Positions 26,655-38,029 of a stretch of DNA of 64,000 bases are shown here, piece by piece. The notes beneath the pieces were generated by a model. It saw nothing but the letters and a program-made list of their open reading frames with translations. It had not been told where the DNA came from and did no database searches. The stretch's first letter is position 1. Each line of letters begins with the position of its first letter. The position numbers and the translations under genes were made by a program. The DNA comes from Vicugna vicugna. Taxonomy: Eukaryota. Location: NCBI GenBank assembly GCA_013265495.1, contig MU058844.1, positions 12,112,184 through 12,176,183 of the forward strand, in the 5' to 3' direction.

Positions 26655-26845
26655 TGATAAATAACAGGTTTCTTCTGTATAGCACAGGAAAATATATTCA
26701 ATATATTGTAGTAACCCTATAATGAAAAAGAATATGAAAATGAATTTATGTATGTATACGTATGACTGAAACACTATGCTGTACACCAGAAATGGACACA
26801 ACACTGTAAACTGACTATATTTTAAGTAAAAGAAAAAAAACAGTT
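26655..26845 (+). mobile_element. L1 extreme 3' end
   Basis: ctgtatagcacaggaaaatatattcaatatattgtagtaacc...gctgtacaccagaaatggacacaacactgtaaactgactat. Confidence 0.85.
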
Positions 26846-27659
26846 TTAAATATATGTGGAAATCCAACAAAATAAAATAAAATAGATCATATAAATGCAA
26901 AATCCAAAACTATAAAACTTTTATAGGAGAAAAATCTTTGAGGGGGGAGGGGGGATAGGCCCCAGTCCTAGTGGCTCTTCTACAGCCCTATTTCTTATAA
27001 ACAAGGGGGCCATGCTGTAGGAAGAGGTCATGAAATGATCTACTTCCAGACCCTTCCTGCAACTGACAGGAGAATGATGGGCCATGAATAATTAAGCGGA
27101 CGTTAAAAAAAAAAAAAAAGGAAGAGCTCATCTCGAAGGTGCACAAGACCTAGATGACTTAAGGCTTGATGGACCACAATCAGCCTCCTGAAGCCGAGGG
27201 AGTGGGGAGCCTTGGTCTGATGCACTCCCTGCGGCACGCTCACTTGGCACTTTACATCATCAGAGCTTGTTCTGTCTCCTTGGTTTAGAGGTCACCACAA
27301 CTGTGCACGGGGCTGCTAAGCACACATAAAACACGAAAATACAGCAGTAGAGAAAAAAATAATAAATCAAAGAAAAACAGCACTGCCTTTCTTTCTGAAT
27401 CCCCAAGTTCCAGACAAGGTCCAGAAAGACATCACTGACAAAACTCTGCCCTTACATGTTTCATGCTGATCAACAAGTCCCTTTAAGACAACCTTGGCTA
27501 CACACTGTCTGTTGAAACAGCTCCTCAACGTGGTCATTAAACAGAGCTGAATAAAGAGCTGCTTGGGAACCACGGATAGAAAAGTCACAGTACTTGGACT
27601 TCAACTTGAGCCCCTTTCCAGGAGGTTTTTGTGCAGGTAATACAAAAGAGTATGGCTCA

Positions 27660-27910
27660 AAGGGAAATGGAGTCCATCACGTGAGCCTTTAATCCTGATA
27701 CCATGAATCCTCAACATGATCACCCAGCAGGCAATACGGCAGTTTTAGGATCTAGATTCACGGCTCTCAAAAGCAAGGGGGAGAGAACCTAAGGCCTGCA
27801 CCCAACTCCTGCGCCTCTCGCCCCCAGAGCAGAAGTTCCACAACGGGCTGGTATTAACAACAGCACGTGTCCCCAAGAGGCGGGGGTATTAACATAATCT
27901 CGTGACCCAT
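27660..27910. promoter_or_regulatory. Candidate enhancer with two E-boxes
   Basis: CACGTG at 27678 and 27864, retained CpGs, repeated GGTATTAACA. Confidence 0.3.
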
Positions 27911-30289
27911 ATCCAAGTTTCCACACATCTAACTCTAAGCATCAACATTTCACATGTTACTTTTGATGATATTCAAGAAGAGCACTTGGTAAGACTCAAA
28001 GGTAAACTACAAATCACTACAAATATTTTCAGTCTTCAGTGATTACAAAAGTGTAGGTGTGGGAGTTGAGTTTGGTTCCACTACAGCTGAAGTCTAGTGC
28101 TGCTACTGCTCAGTGTTTAGAACGGAAATGCCCTACTTAAGCTGCTACTGGCCTAGTTGTCTTATATTTGGAATGTGCAGGTTATTAAATTGCCTTGAGC
28201 CTAACGGAGCTGTAATGCATCCGATAATCCCTCAGGTTTACAAGCAATAAGAAGGACACTCAGCCACTTCTGTTCCTTAGCTTGGGGAATCCAAAACCCT
28301 CTTCTTCAAGTGACCTAAGAATATGGAGAATAAAAAGTGACTAAAAATAATGCCAAAGACTCGGTGGGTGTCAAACTGACATGGTCAATTGCTTTCATGT
28401 AAGAATTAAGGATCTCTTCTTGGTGAAACAGAGTTAGTATCTGACCTCTGGAGCACGAGTCTCTTGAGAAATAACTGCTAAAAGCTTATACAGCTAACAA
28501 GGAAGACGCACCACGTACATCCTGCTAGAAAAAAGCTGTAGATTAACTAGAACCTCAAAGTCAAATATGAAGCAGCTGGAGCTTATTAATGCCTAAACTG
28601 GGATCTATTTAAACCTACAATTAAATCAAAGGAGAGTTCAGTGAGAAATTGGTATATTTCATGAAGAAATATCTCTGCAGCTCTTAGGGTTTCCAAGACA
28701 TAAAACAGCTTTGACAATGTCATGGTGCCCGTTTGGAGGCCGGGCCCCTGTTTACACCATCCTTCCCTACTGTTCCTCCCGCTGTCAAAGTGAGTTTACC
28801 CACAGGCAGGACGTGGCCATATGAGGCAATCTGTGAAAACAAGTGTAATGAAACTAACAACAATGTTCAATGTTAATAAAACCAGATTAAACTCAGTGAA
28901 AATGGTGTTGTTTCAAGCTGACCGTGGATCTAGGTGAAACTTACTGGAATAGAAATATAATGAGTTCTTCAATTCCATTTCCAAGGCACATGGGAAGACG
29001 TTTCTCAGTCCTCTAGCAATCTATACGGGGCTATTGGACTGAATTCCAGCCAAGATAACAGCAGTAGAAAGGAATTCTATCACTGCTAGAATGAGGCCCC
29101 TAAATCTGCCAGTTTGATCCTACATACTCTCTCCACTCACTGCCCAGACGGATCGGGGCTGGAATTCCAGTCAGAATCCCAAGGATGCTCTAGGGCACAG
29201 ACAGACCACAAGGAAGATTCTGGCTCCTTGAGTCACCACTTGGGGGAAAACAGCCCAGGTGAGCCTCTTGACTTGCAATCACCTGAAATAGCATAGCTGT
29301 TAATGTTCCAGCTGATTTTAAGATCCCCAAACTCTCTCAGAACATAGGGAGAGCATGATGTTACATACCTGAAAATGAAAGCTAGTGTTCATTGAGGACT
29401 AAACATGGGCCAGGCACTTCCCATCAGTTGCGCATCCAGGTCTCACGAGGATGGAGGAGCTTCACTAACCCACGAGGAAGCTGAAGCTAGGGGAGATTCA
29501 GTAACTCCCCCAGGGTCACACAGCAAGAGGAGGCAGAGATTGGCTGAAGCTAGCAGTCTCTCTCCAGAGCTCACAGAACAAAACTTCACGGAGTCACCTC
29601 TCAGTACCTCCCAGGCACCGTGCTGGGTAACTGGGACAGAGAGTGACTCGAGTTCCTGACTCTGAGCAGCTGACAGCCAAATGGGGACATGACTGAAAGT
29701 TGACACTGAGTGCTTCCATGACCCCAATAAATACCCTAATAATGAGCCCCCTTAATGAAACATATAAAAGCACAAATGAAATAAAAAGACTTTCCAGGGA
29801 AATTTGGAAAGACTCCCTGTTCTTCATTTGACTGAACATCTCCAGCTCACAGGCATCACCTCGGGGCCCCCTCCACCCTGAACCCCTGGAGGACCTGGCT
29901 GAGGAACAGAACCAACTGACGTGCATTTCCTGTGCCCTGGCTCTTCGCAGAACTTCTCTAGTAAGCTTTCTCAGCAGCCTGGGTTTTAATGACAAATTCA
30001 GTCACCTCTTGATGAATTGTTGTCTGCGTATTGGGTGGACTGCTGTTGATTTCAAGGAAGCAAATGCCACACTCCTTAGCCGCAAGGTGTGTTTTCCCCC
30101 GTGCTATCAAGTTCCTTGGGTCTACCTTACTTGGGGCTTCCTTTGCTAATTACATCATCCTGTATCCGACTACTAGACTTCCTTTCCTGGTCCATTAAGC
30201 TACAGCCAGTGACAGTGAGGCATGACTGCCCAAGGGCTTGACAAAACATCCTTTCTAAACTCTTAATTTTAAATACACTAAAAATTTTG

Positions 30290-30770
30290 TTCAATTTATA
30301 AACATTTAATGAATCTGACTACTTTCCAGAGAGTGTGCTAGAAGGTTCAGGAATAAAAAAGTGAGTAAAAACAAATGCATGCCAGCCATTAGACAGCATA
30401 TAGTTTAGTAATGAATACACACTCATGAAACAACACAATGTCAACTAAAATTATGACGAGTACCACAAAGCAGCATATAACATCTCGGAAGTATAAGATA
30501 TAGTATAATGGCATAATAAGGACAGGAGAGGAAGAGGTAAGTGAAAATTAATTAGGCTGAGACTGGTGGGAAACACACTTATACTGAGGGCCAGGCTTGT
30601 ACAAAGACTATGTGGCAAGAGCGAGCATGGTAATCACAAGGGAATTGAAGAATGTGGAGAGTAGTGGGTAGGCTAGGAGGAGATACAGCTGTAAGGCGGG
30701 CAAAGGCCAGATCACATCCGGGGTCGTGGAGTCTCGTTAAGGATGAGAAGCCACCGAAGGTTTTAAGCAA
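30290..30770 (-). mobile_element. L2 LINE 3' fragment
   Basis: aaacatttaatgaatctgactactttccag...gtgctag; ggccagatcac; gagaagccaccgaaggttttaagca. Confidence 0.6.
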
Positions 30771-30774
30771 CCCT

Positions 30775-31350
30775 ACAACTGCTTCTAGAAATATCACCAC
30801 TAGATCCTGCAGCACTCAGAAAACTGCAGAAATCTATATAAGATGCTATCCTCATCACTTAGGCGAGCTTCCCAGAGGCACAACTGACTTGTTATTTATG
30901 CATACCCTGTGGGCTGTTTTCCTTACAACAGGAGCCATCTAATTAGAAAAGGTGGTGTGAAATGGATCCCTGACTTCAGCTGAAGTGATGGATGACACCG
31001 CCTAGGCCCTGGAAGGCACTCAGGTCAGCCTCAGCTCACTGGCCAAGGCGATTATGGATGAGGGAAATGCACTGAACTTGCTCATTTCGGGCCAAGACAG
31101 AGCATACACAGTCATCAACATATCCTGCTGTCCCTCGACAAATGCCTTAAGCCAAGTAGAAAGGTCAATACAGAAACTTAAGGAAAAAGCCCTGATGTTT
31201 TACGGGATTTGTTCAGTTAGCTAGTTTGAGATCCTGGACTGCACGGCTGGGGCCCTGGAGTATGAGTGTGCTGCTTGGAATCCTGTTGATAGTAGTCTTA
31301 ATTAAATATTGTATGAGACAAATTAAACAGATTCGATACAGCTTCCGTCG
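30775..31350 (+). pseudogene. env: Decayed class I (gamma-type) ERV envelope: SU C-terminus and TM subunit
   Basis: One frame reads ...ELPRGTTDLLFMHTLWAVFLTTGAI*LEKVV*NGSLTSAEVMDDTA*ALEGTQVSLSSLAKAIMDEGNALNLLISGQDRAYTVINISCCPSTNALSQVERSIQKLKEKA. This matches the TM pattern SLAxVVMDNRxALDxLLAxQGGVCxVINxSCC...VExxIxKxxxxA. A frameshifted anchor LLGILLIVVLIKYC starts at 31271. Confidence 0.85.
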
Positions 31351-31436
31351 GCCAGATTAATTAGAATGGCCAATGGAGTGGCATACTCATGGGAAGATTT
31401 TCCAGAAACCAAAACGGAGTAGAAATGAGGAAAGGG

Positions 31437-31956
31437 TATTGCTGCAGACAACTTTCTGTGGGGCCCTCCCATTTATCTGTATCTGACAAGCAGAGGCACA
31501 AACAGCCTTTGTTCTGGACTATCTTTTCCAGGATGTTTGTGGAAGAAATCGCTTTGAAAGACAGAAATCTTTTTTCTCTCTCTGAAGCAAAGAGCAGGTT
31601 TATTTACTGTCCAGTATAATCAAGTTAATGACTGTCCAAGGCAAAGGTCAGGCAGGTTTGCTTAGAGGACACTGTAAAACAGTTCAGCTTCCCTAATCTT
31701 ATTTGCTTGCTCCTTTTCTGGAACACGACCCGCTGCACATGCCAGCATCACCAGGCCCTCTTTGCTTCGCCCATGGGAACAGGGGCTGAAGGAACCAGTG
31801 TGAATGACAATACTCCAGCTACTGCTCTTGCTGTGAGCAGTGAAATCCTCTGTATCTGAAAATCCGAAACCTTGCGTCTGCCAGCAAACACGAACTGTAG
31901 CAGGCCAACATTAACTTACAAGTAGAATGACACCTCAGACTCCTCATTTCTCAACA
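31437..31956 (+). mobile_element. MER31-like ERV1 3' LTR preceded by polypurine tract
   Basis: PPT gaggaaaggg at 31427-31436; cctttgttctggactatcttttccaggatgtttgt, gcaaaggtcaggcagg, gctactgctcttgctgtgag; ends ...tctcaaca. Confidence 0.75.
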
Positions 31957-32324
31957 CTCATAACCCCAGAGGTAGACGTTTTTCAGATGAGGCTGTGCCA
32001 AGTAAAGTGTGGTGTCTTCAATCATTCATTTAGTTTCTGTGATCAGCCAAATTGTATCTAGTCGGTATGAGTCCAGCCATGATGTATGGGGAATCTATGC
32101 CCCTGGGATGGAGCTCAAATATTCTTGCCCCCTACACACTCATTTTAAAGCATGCTAAATTTATTTATTCAAAAACAAATGTTTTTTTTTTTTTACTGAC
32201 GAGCACTAATCCTGTTATAAGCCAACTAGTACATGAGATTTCTTTAGCCACAGTGGTTGGCATGTGGTCTAAGGTGATTCAAATAAAGTAAATTCCAAAG
32301 CTCCAGTTCTAGGGTTTATAAAAA

Positions 32325-32550
32325 GTATAAAAAACAAGGACCTCCTGTAGAGCACAGGGAATTATATTCAATATTTTGAAATGAGCTATAATGGAAAAGA
32401 ATCTGAATGAATATATATATATGTATGTGTGTGTATATATATATATATGTATGTATATATATATACGTATAACTGAATCACTTTGCTGTACACCTGAAAC
32501 TAATATTGTAAACCAACTACACGTCAATAAAAAATAAGAATTAAAAAAAC
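32325..32550 (+). mobile_element. L1 extreme 3' end with internal (TA/TG)n
   Basis: aaacaaggacctcctgtagagcacagggaattatattc...taactgaatcactttgctgtacacctgaaac. Confidence 0.85.
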
Positions 32551-33500
32551 TATACTCTGCACTTTTGGATGCCTTGATATAGATTATGAGTCCTAGATTT
32601 AAGGGGGGGTGCTATTTTCTCATGAGAGAAAGTATTCTGAAGGCAACTCAAAAAAAAAAAAATGACACAACCAAGATAATAACAGATAAATGGTGCTAGA
32701 GCTGAGATCAAATCACAGCTGAAGAAAACTTATTGCTGGAATTTTGGTTACATAAGTCAAAAAAAAAAATGTCCTTAGTTACACTAAACTCCAATGCATT
32801 TTTTGAAACTTGCAACTCTCGGGTTGCTGATTGACATAGCCCATCTGGCTTTAGAGCCCTGCTTCATGTGCACTATACTACACTGGCTCCCACTTTTCCC
32901 ACTGCCAGACACACAAAAAGCTATTACTTGCAGAACACCGCACAAAATCAAGAAATGAGATTTAAAAAAAAAAAGAGAGAGACAATAATCAACAAACAAT
33001 GATCCCAACGCTTTTCCACGGTATAGAAGAAATAGAATCTTTTTTTGTCCAGAGCTACTGGCGTGAGTTATTCCAAGCTGATACACTGATAAATAACTAC
33101 TAAGAGCAAAGAAGGAGAAAACACTTAAATCACTGAAAGCCATCTTTTTTTTTTTTTTTGCTAAAGCATTTGGCAAAGGCATGAGCAGTCTTCCACCTAC
33201 TAATATGGTTATCAGACATTCAGAAATAGGTATCACAATCCTATAGCCAGAACTTCAGAGTTAGCTTCAACTGATAAGAGCACAGAAAGTTGAAAGAATT
33301 TTAAGCAGTGGAATGTTTATGCAGGATGGAGTAGTAGAAAATTAACCTGGAGAGGCAGGTATGTAGGGGTCAGATCACAAATGGCATCATGATTTGATGG
33401 TTAGGGTAATCAGTTTCACCTTTATCCTGAAAGTCAGATGCTTTAATTTGGAAGACACAGACCATAGATGGGGTCAATAAACATGCTTAGACTATAATTA

Positions 33501-33545
33501 CAGAGAGAGAGAGAGAGAGAGAGAGCACGCGCGAGTGCACACACA
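33501..33545. repeat. (AG)n followed by GC/CA alternating microsatellite
   Basis: Direct reading. Confidence 0.85.
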
Positions 33546-34189
33546 CTGGAAAAGGATCTGTAACTGTCTTTAAAATGGGTCCACGAATGAAGAACAATTA
33601 TGAAATCTGTTGGGAGCATCTACAGGGAAATTTTGTTCAAGTGCTCAAAAGATGAGTCAGAATCCAGGGCTGAATACAGGTTGGGTGGACAGTACATGAT
33701 ACTATAGGAAGGGAAATCAGGTCAGAGACTATAGGAAGTACTCAGGCTAGAAAGGATAAAGATAGCGCTTAAATCAAATCAGGCAGCTCAGAGTTCCTGC
33801 TGAGAACAACCAATTGGCAACAATGTCCTTGCTACACTCATGCATAACCATAGTGAGTCTATGAATATGTATACAATGTAAATCTCCAAGGATACACTTA
33901 CAAAGAAGAGCATTATATACAAAAGTAGCTTTCTGGTAAGCCTCTGGATTAATTTCAATTATCATTAAGTCTGAGATTGGTTTTATATTACATCTTGATA
34001 GATGTTTCAGTTTTTGGACAACGCTAAGTATTTCTGGCTAGCAAAATGTCAATAACAGAAATAAACTGCCAGAAGATTTCACAAGGCTATGTGAGTGGGA
34101 AAAAATGTGAGCAAATATTCTTAGCCAAAATAAGCCAAGCTATACTTGTATGATGGTACTTACAATGGGAGAGAGAACAATTAGGCAAA

Positions 34190-34408
34190 AGGGCAACATA
34201 CAAATGAAAAGATGATCAATATTTCTAACAATAAGGAAAATACAAAGTCTTTTATAACTGAAAGTAGTAAAAATAGTAAAGTCTGATAATGCCAGGTGTT
34301 GACAAGGACGCTGACCAATTTTTGCATGGCTAGTGGATGAGAAACTTGGTAAAACAGCTTTGGAGAATGATGCGTTAACACTTAGTAAAGTTAATAACAT
34401 GTATAACC
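34190..34408 (+). mobile_element. Old L1 (L1ME-like) ORF2 fragment
   Basis: catacaaatgaaaagatgatcaat...aagtctgataatgccaggtgttgacaagg. Confidence 0.6.
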
Positions 34409-34409
34409 A

Positions 34410-34600
34410 CAGTAGGCAGAATAATGGCCTCTCCAAAGATGAGGTTTCTCAATTCCTGAAACCTGATGGTATGTTACAGTACACTGCAAAAGGGATTTCG
34501 CAGATTTGAGACGGGGAGATTACCCAGGTGGGTCCAAAGTAATCATGGGGGTTCTTATAAGGAGAAGGAGGAGGTGGGAAGGTCAGAGTCAAAAGACAGC
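34410..34600 (+). mobile_element. MLT1D-like MaLR LTR 5' part
   Basis: gtaggcagaataatggcctctccaaagat...gcaaaagggatttcgcagat...ggtgggtccaaagtaatca. Confidence 0.75.
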
Positions 34601-34917
34601 AAAATGTTGAGATTTGGTAAAGCTGAGTGCTGAATATGGAGCTGCCTGTCATTTTCTTCTCTTTAATTAGTTATGACTTCGAGACTTTCAGACCCAACAT
34701 TCAGCTGCAACCTCTCCACCCTAGATCTGCCACTTTCTATACCAGCCAAATGTCCCAAGAGATATTAGAAAACATGGTCTTTTTTGATCAGAAAACTAAA
34801 TGGAAGTATCAGAAACTAAACAAAATATTTATAAAGCCCCTTATACCCAAGTGCTAGAACTCAAGAGATTTCAAGGAAACAGAAGTTTAGGAGGACTTAC
34901 AAAAGGTGTGTAAGGAA

Positions 34918-35372
34918 AGTCTTCCCAAATTTTTCATATCTCAGGACCCCTGTAAACCCTTAACTTTTTGAAGATCACAGTGATCTTTCATTTATATTGG
35001 TTGTATCTATCACCATTTATCTATTAAGAATTAAAACTGAGAACTGTTTAAATATCTGTTAATACATTTTTAAAAAATTATACCCATTGCATGTTAAAAC
35101 ATAAATACATATCTTTTGTGAAAAATAATTATAATTTCTAAAACAAAAAAATTACGGAGTAGAGTGGCACTGTTCCACATTTTTGTAAACATTTTTACTA
35201 TCTGGCTTAATAAAAACCAGTTGGATTTTATTGAGACACATTTTTTTGGCTGAAGGATATGAAGATAACCTGAACAAATCATGAACACGTGATTTGTACT
35301 TGGAAAAGAGGACTCTGTGGACCCTTGAAAGATTTGGAGAAACTCCAAGGGTCCTCAGACCAACCTTCGAGC
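34918..35372. mobile_element. hAT-Charlie DNA transposon fossil
   Basis: tctcaggacccct...aattaaaactgag...gagtggcactgtt; ends gggtcctcagaccaaccttcgag. Confidence 0.65.
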
Positions 35373-37671
35373 TGGTAAAGGGAGTATTCTTTATTCTCAA
35401 AAGCTGAAAAAGATGATGATCGAAGTGTAACGATGTTACATAAAAACATGTTTAAGACTATTTGGTAATTTTAAGACTAATAAAATTACAGAACACCAGA
35501 ACTATAATTTCCACCCAACCCATACACTCATCTTGAAGCTTAAAAGATAATAGTTTTTTGGACAGAAACATGAAAGTGTTACTTTTATCATTAGGTGACA
35601 AATTCAAGCTTGTGGAAACAGCAGAAGGTGAAAGAAAAACATTTTTTAAAGGAATTAAGTAATTCTGATTCAAAGGACTTTGAAAATATGAACAGGTAAT
35701 AAACTCATAATGGCTAATAGAGCAAAATTTCCATTTTCCCTAAGTGTTCTGCACCCAAAAAAAGTGAAGATGTGCTGAACAGAAATATCTCTTCATTTTA
35801 CCTACTATTTACTTCCTATAGAAGAGAAAAATCAGTCCCAAAAAACTAAGTCTAAATACCAAATTATTTGCAGTGCTATCGTAGAACTAGTCATACTTTC
35901 AGTAAACATCATTTGCCACAGGAGACATTTTAATTTAAATGAGTACTGGATATCTAAATAAGGTTATTTCAGTCCAGAAATCAGTCAGTGAGAGAAAGAA
36001 CTAACAAAAGCAACAATGGCAGCAATGATAGGACCCACACCCGCCTTGGTACTTTGGGGAAAACCACAAGCAAAAAACAGCAATCATGGAGAACCATAAA
36101 TAAAAAACAGCTACAAGCCCACAGTCCATTTTCATCCTCTTAGTATACCCTCAGGGCACCAAAGCAATCTTTTCTGGGCCAGATCCTAATAATTCCTGAT
36201 AGAAATATAAGAGCCCGAGGCTTATTGCTAACCTAACTAACCTGGAGCTTATTTGGTAAAACTCCAGAAAGGATGGAGTAGGGGCAGGGAGTTTTCACAT
36301 ATAGGCTGTCCCTATATAATTCTGGACATATTTAACTGCATGTCAACACACTCACAATTCCAATAAGTAAAATTCTTGGTTTAAATATTAATCGTGTAAC
36401 ACTGCCAGAAAATAAATGCAACTACATTTCTGCAAATCAACAATTGAAAAGTCAGGCATAGGTTTGTTTTTGAATCAGCTTTCTTCAGCCTTTTCAAAAT
36501 CAAGAAACTAACCAGATGAAGTGTTAGCAGGAGCTACATTCAAGATAAAAGAATAAGCTTAAGAAAAGCATTATTTTTAGCACCACCAATTAAACAAATT
36601 AGTAAATTAGCAAGGCTGCTAGATATACACAGTAAATTTCCCCACCACAATCTCTCTCTACCGTAGCTGGGGTCCAGTCCATCTTACGGGAATCCACCAC
36701 GATTAGCATAATCCCCCAACTTTCACATTCATGTGTTGCTATCAACACTGTAAATTTAAATTCTGGAGCAATGCCCAGAATTTTTTGTTAACTAAAAACC
36801 CAAGCGTATCCCTGAAAGAAAGATCTCCTCCCTCCTTGCTTAATGCACATTTTGCTTCTCAATAATTTTGGCAACACATTCTTGGAGACTGTTATTTCTC
36901 TGCCCTAGCTCTGTGACATCAATTCTCAAAAGTGATGTGTGTTATTAGCACAATGGGTGGGCAATTTTCAAAAGTACTTTAAACAAATCACAGTTAACTA
37001 TGATTCATTTTAATTTTAAACAAATATTTGACACCTAGCATAAAGAGAGAGAAAAAGATCATAAAACCATATGGCATATCATGGGACAGCAAGACTGCAG
37101 CCCCCAGGAAGCTGTCTCTTCCAAAATGATTGAGGTCAGATTGGTATAGAACTGAAAATATTTCAGATCTTAGAAAAGTAATATGGTGATATTTCATATA
37201 TTACTCTTTCTGGGGGGTTAGAGTACCACACTATAATCAAACACATTAATATCCTGTAGTGAAGCATACAATACACATTAACTACAATAAAGACTATAAA
37301 TAGCCTCACATCAGTTCAGACTAGTTATTACAATTAAAGATATGAAAAAAAAATGTTTCCAGTCAGGGCCTCTTGAGTTGCATGCAAACACTGCAACCGA
37401 AAGAGGAAAAAAAAAAGTGAAAAAAACATAATAGAGAAAATGAAAATATCTGAACAAAAATTGAATATATAAGGGAGAAAAGAAGAATAAAGTGAAAAAG
37501 AAGGAAAGTTAGAAAGGTCCAAGCTTTCACGGTTTTAGCAACCAGATGAGACTTTCACGATTTCACAGTCCAACATATCCAATAAGCAAGCAGAAAGATC
37601 AAGATCACAAAACTGGTTAGTGGGGGAAACAAGCGGACTTGGGATAGTCCTTGGTTTGTTTTCACTGCCAT

Positions 37672-38025
37672 TCTAGTAGGCAGAATGACATTCGAAAGAT
37701 GTCCACATGCTAATCCCTGGAACCTGGGAATGTTACAAGGCAAGGGTGATTTTGCAGACATGATAAAGGTTGCAAACTTAAAAAGAAGGACGGAAGCCTA
37801 TATTATCCAGGTGAATCAGATCTATTCATACAAGATCTTAAAAGCAGGGAATTTCCTCCTGCTGGAGTCAGAGAAGAAATCTGAAGTATGAAAAGGACTT
37901 CACTCACCTGCTGCTAAGAGTGGAGAGGAGGAGACACATGGAAAACAGAACTCTATGAAAGAATGCAGATGGACTCCAGCAGCAAAGACTGGCCCCTGGC
38001 TGACAGCCAGCAAGGAAAGGGTGTC
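37672..38025 (+). mobile_element. MLT1E/F-like MaLR LTR, 3'-truncated
   Basis: gtaggcagaatg...aaagatgtccacatgctaatccctggaacctgggaatgttac...ggcccctggctgacagccagcaaggaaa. Confidence 0.75.
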
Positions 38026-38029
38026 CCCT

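Noticed and set aside
30652..31224. Possible captured functional env (syncytin-like)
   Set aside because: Multiple in-frame stops, frameshift before the anchor, degenerate ISD, CX6CC and furin site, and most of SU missing
32784..33236. 150-aa minus-strand ORF
   Set aside because: Runs through homopolymer tracts (poly-K, poly-F); low complexity, no homology recognised
35410..35500. ATGATGA box C-like motif (also near 48942)
   Set aside because: No box D CTGA or terminal stem at a suitable distance, so no snoRNA call
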